DNA from: Macrostomum lignano
Lineage: Eukaryota
DNA length: 64,000 nucleotides
Assembly: GCA_002269645.1 (NCBI GenBank)
Contig: NIVC01000947.1
Span: 124,001-188,000 of the forward strand
Direction of reading: 5' to 3'
The translations under genes were made by a program, and so were the position numbers. The notes under the pieces were generated by a model. It worked only from the letters and a program-made list of their open reading frames with translations, had not been told where the DNA came from and made no database searches. Shown piece by piece: positions 63,421 to 64,000 of this stretch. Position 1 is the first letter of the stretch; the number at the start of each line of letters is the position of its first letter.

Positions 63421-64000
63421 GGCGATTTAGAATTAGAACAATTTAGAATTAGAATTAGAACGAATTAGAACCATATCCTGATAAGTATAGCTCTTCACGT
63501 GTTGTTCGTATCTGTCTTCTCTATGTGTCTTCAGCTTGATGTTTTCCTATAGGTAGTCTAGCGGTTTTGTGGCAGTCCGTTGACTTGAAGGCTATAACTA
63601 CTGACGACTATCGATACCCAGTTTCCCGGCTGGCGGCTATAATTCCCTTCTGGATCCTCACCTCTGTGATCGGATATCAGACCAAGAAAGAACACGAACA
63701 CAGTATGTTATCTGGTAGGTTAACCTAACGGAGCTCAAAGCTAACTCTCTAGCTAAACCGCGGGGTCGCGTTTTTCCGCGCTCCGCTCCGACTTATATAT
63801 ATTATTCTCGAAACCGAGGGGATGAAAAACTTAGCAACGGCAAGCAAGAGGATTTGTCCTGAACGAGGTCACAGCCTCAACTCTAGCACAGTCATAACTC
63901 ATAAGCCTTGAGCTAGTTGGTTGGTAGGCACACCAACCCCTTTTCTATGGTAGCAGGGGGCAGCCCTGAAACGCATTAGCTAAGTTAGGAAGTGTTCCCG

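Overview
Animal genomic DNA with GC-rich exons, AT-rich GT-AG introns and dense transposon content; a free-living flatworm such as Macrostomum is my inference only. The host-like genes are a 7-repeat ankyrin ORF (3476-4336) tightly coupled to a two-exon Mab-21/cGAS-like nucleotidyltransferase (cGLR, 4462-6777), and a 7-exon tetraspanin (8996-12791, 279 aa). The rest is mostly mobile DNA. (1) Relics of Gypsy, LINE and piggyBac elements, a PHD pseudo-exon and several MITEs. (2) A divergent hAT-like element (25757-35072; 16-bp CCC-TIR, 8-bp TSD) with an intact 4-exon 1248-aa transposase, a nested 2.55-kb element and a 2.6-kb tandem duplication of one end. (3) A very young 10.1-kb Ty3/Gypsy element (37936-48043) with a -1 frameshift signal and an unusually long pol. 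(4) An intact 9-exon 1581-aa Helitron Rep-helicase (48633-55204). (5) A full-length BED-finger hAT element (56091-60744) with one frameshift. (6) A compact cluster of orphan ORFs at the right end. The best candidate for an undescribed system is the ankyrin-cGLR locus: the two reading frames join through a 92-nt intron and are separated only by one in-frame UGA, and the enzyme has no ATG of its own before its catalytic motif. All splice models were assembled by hand from the sequence; no database searches were run.
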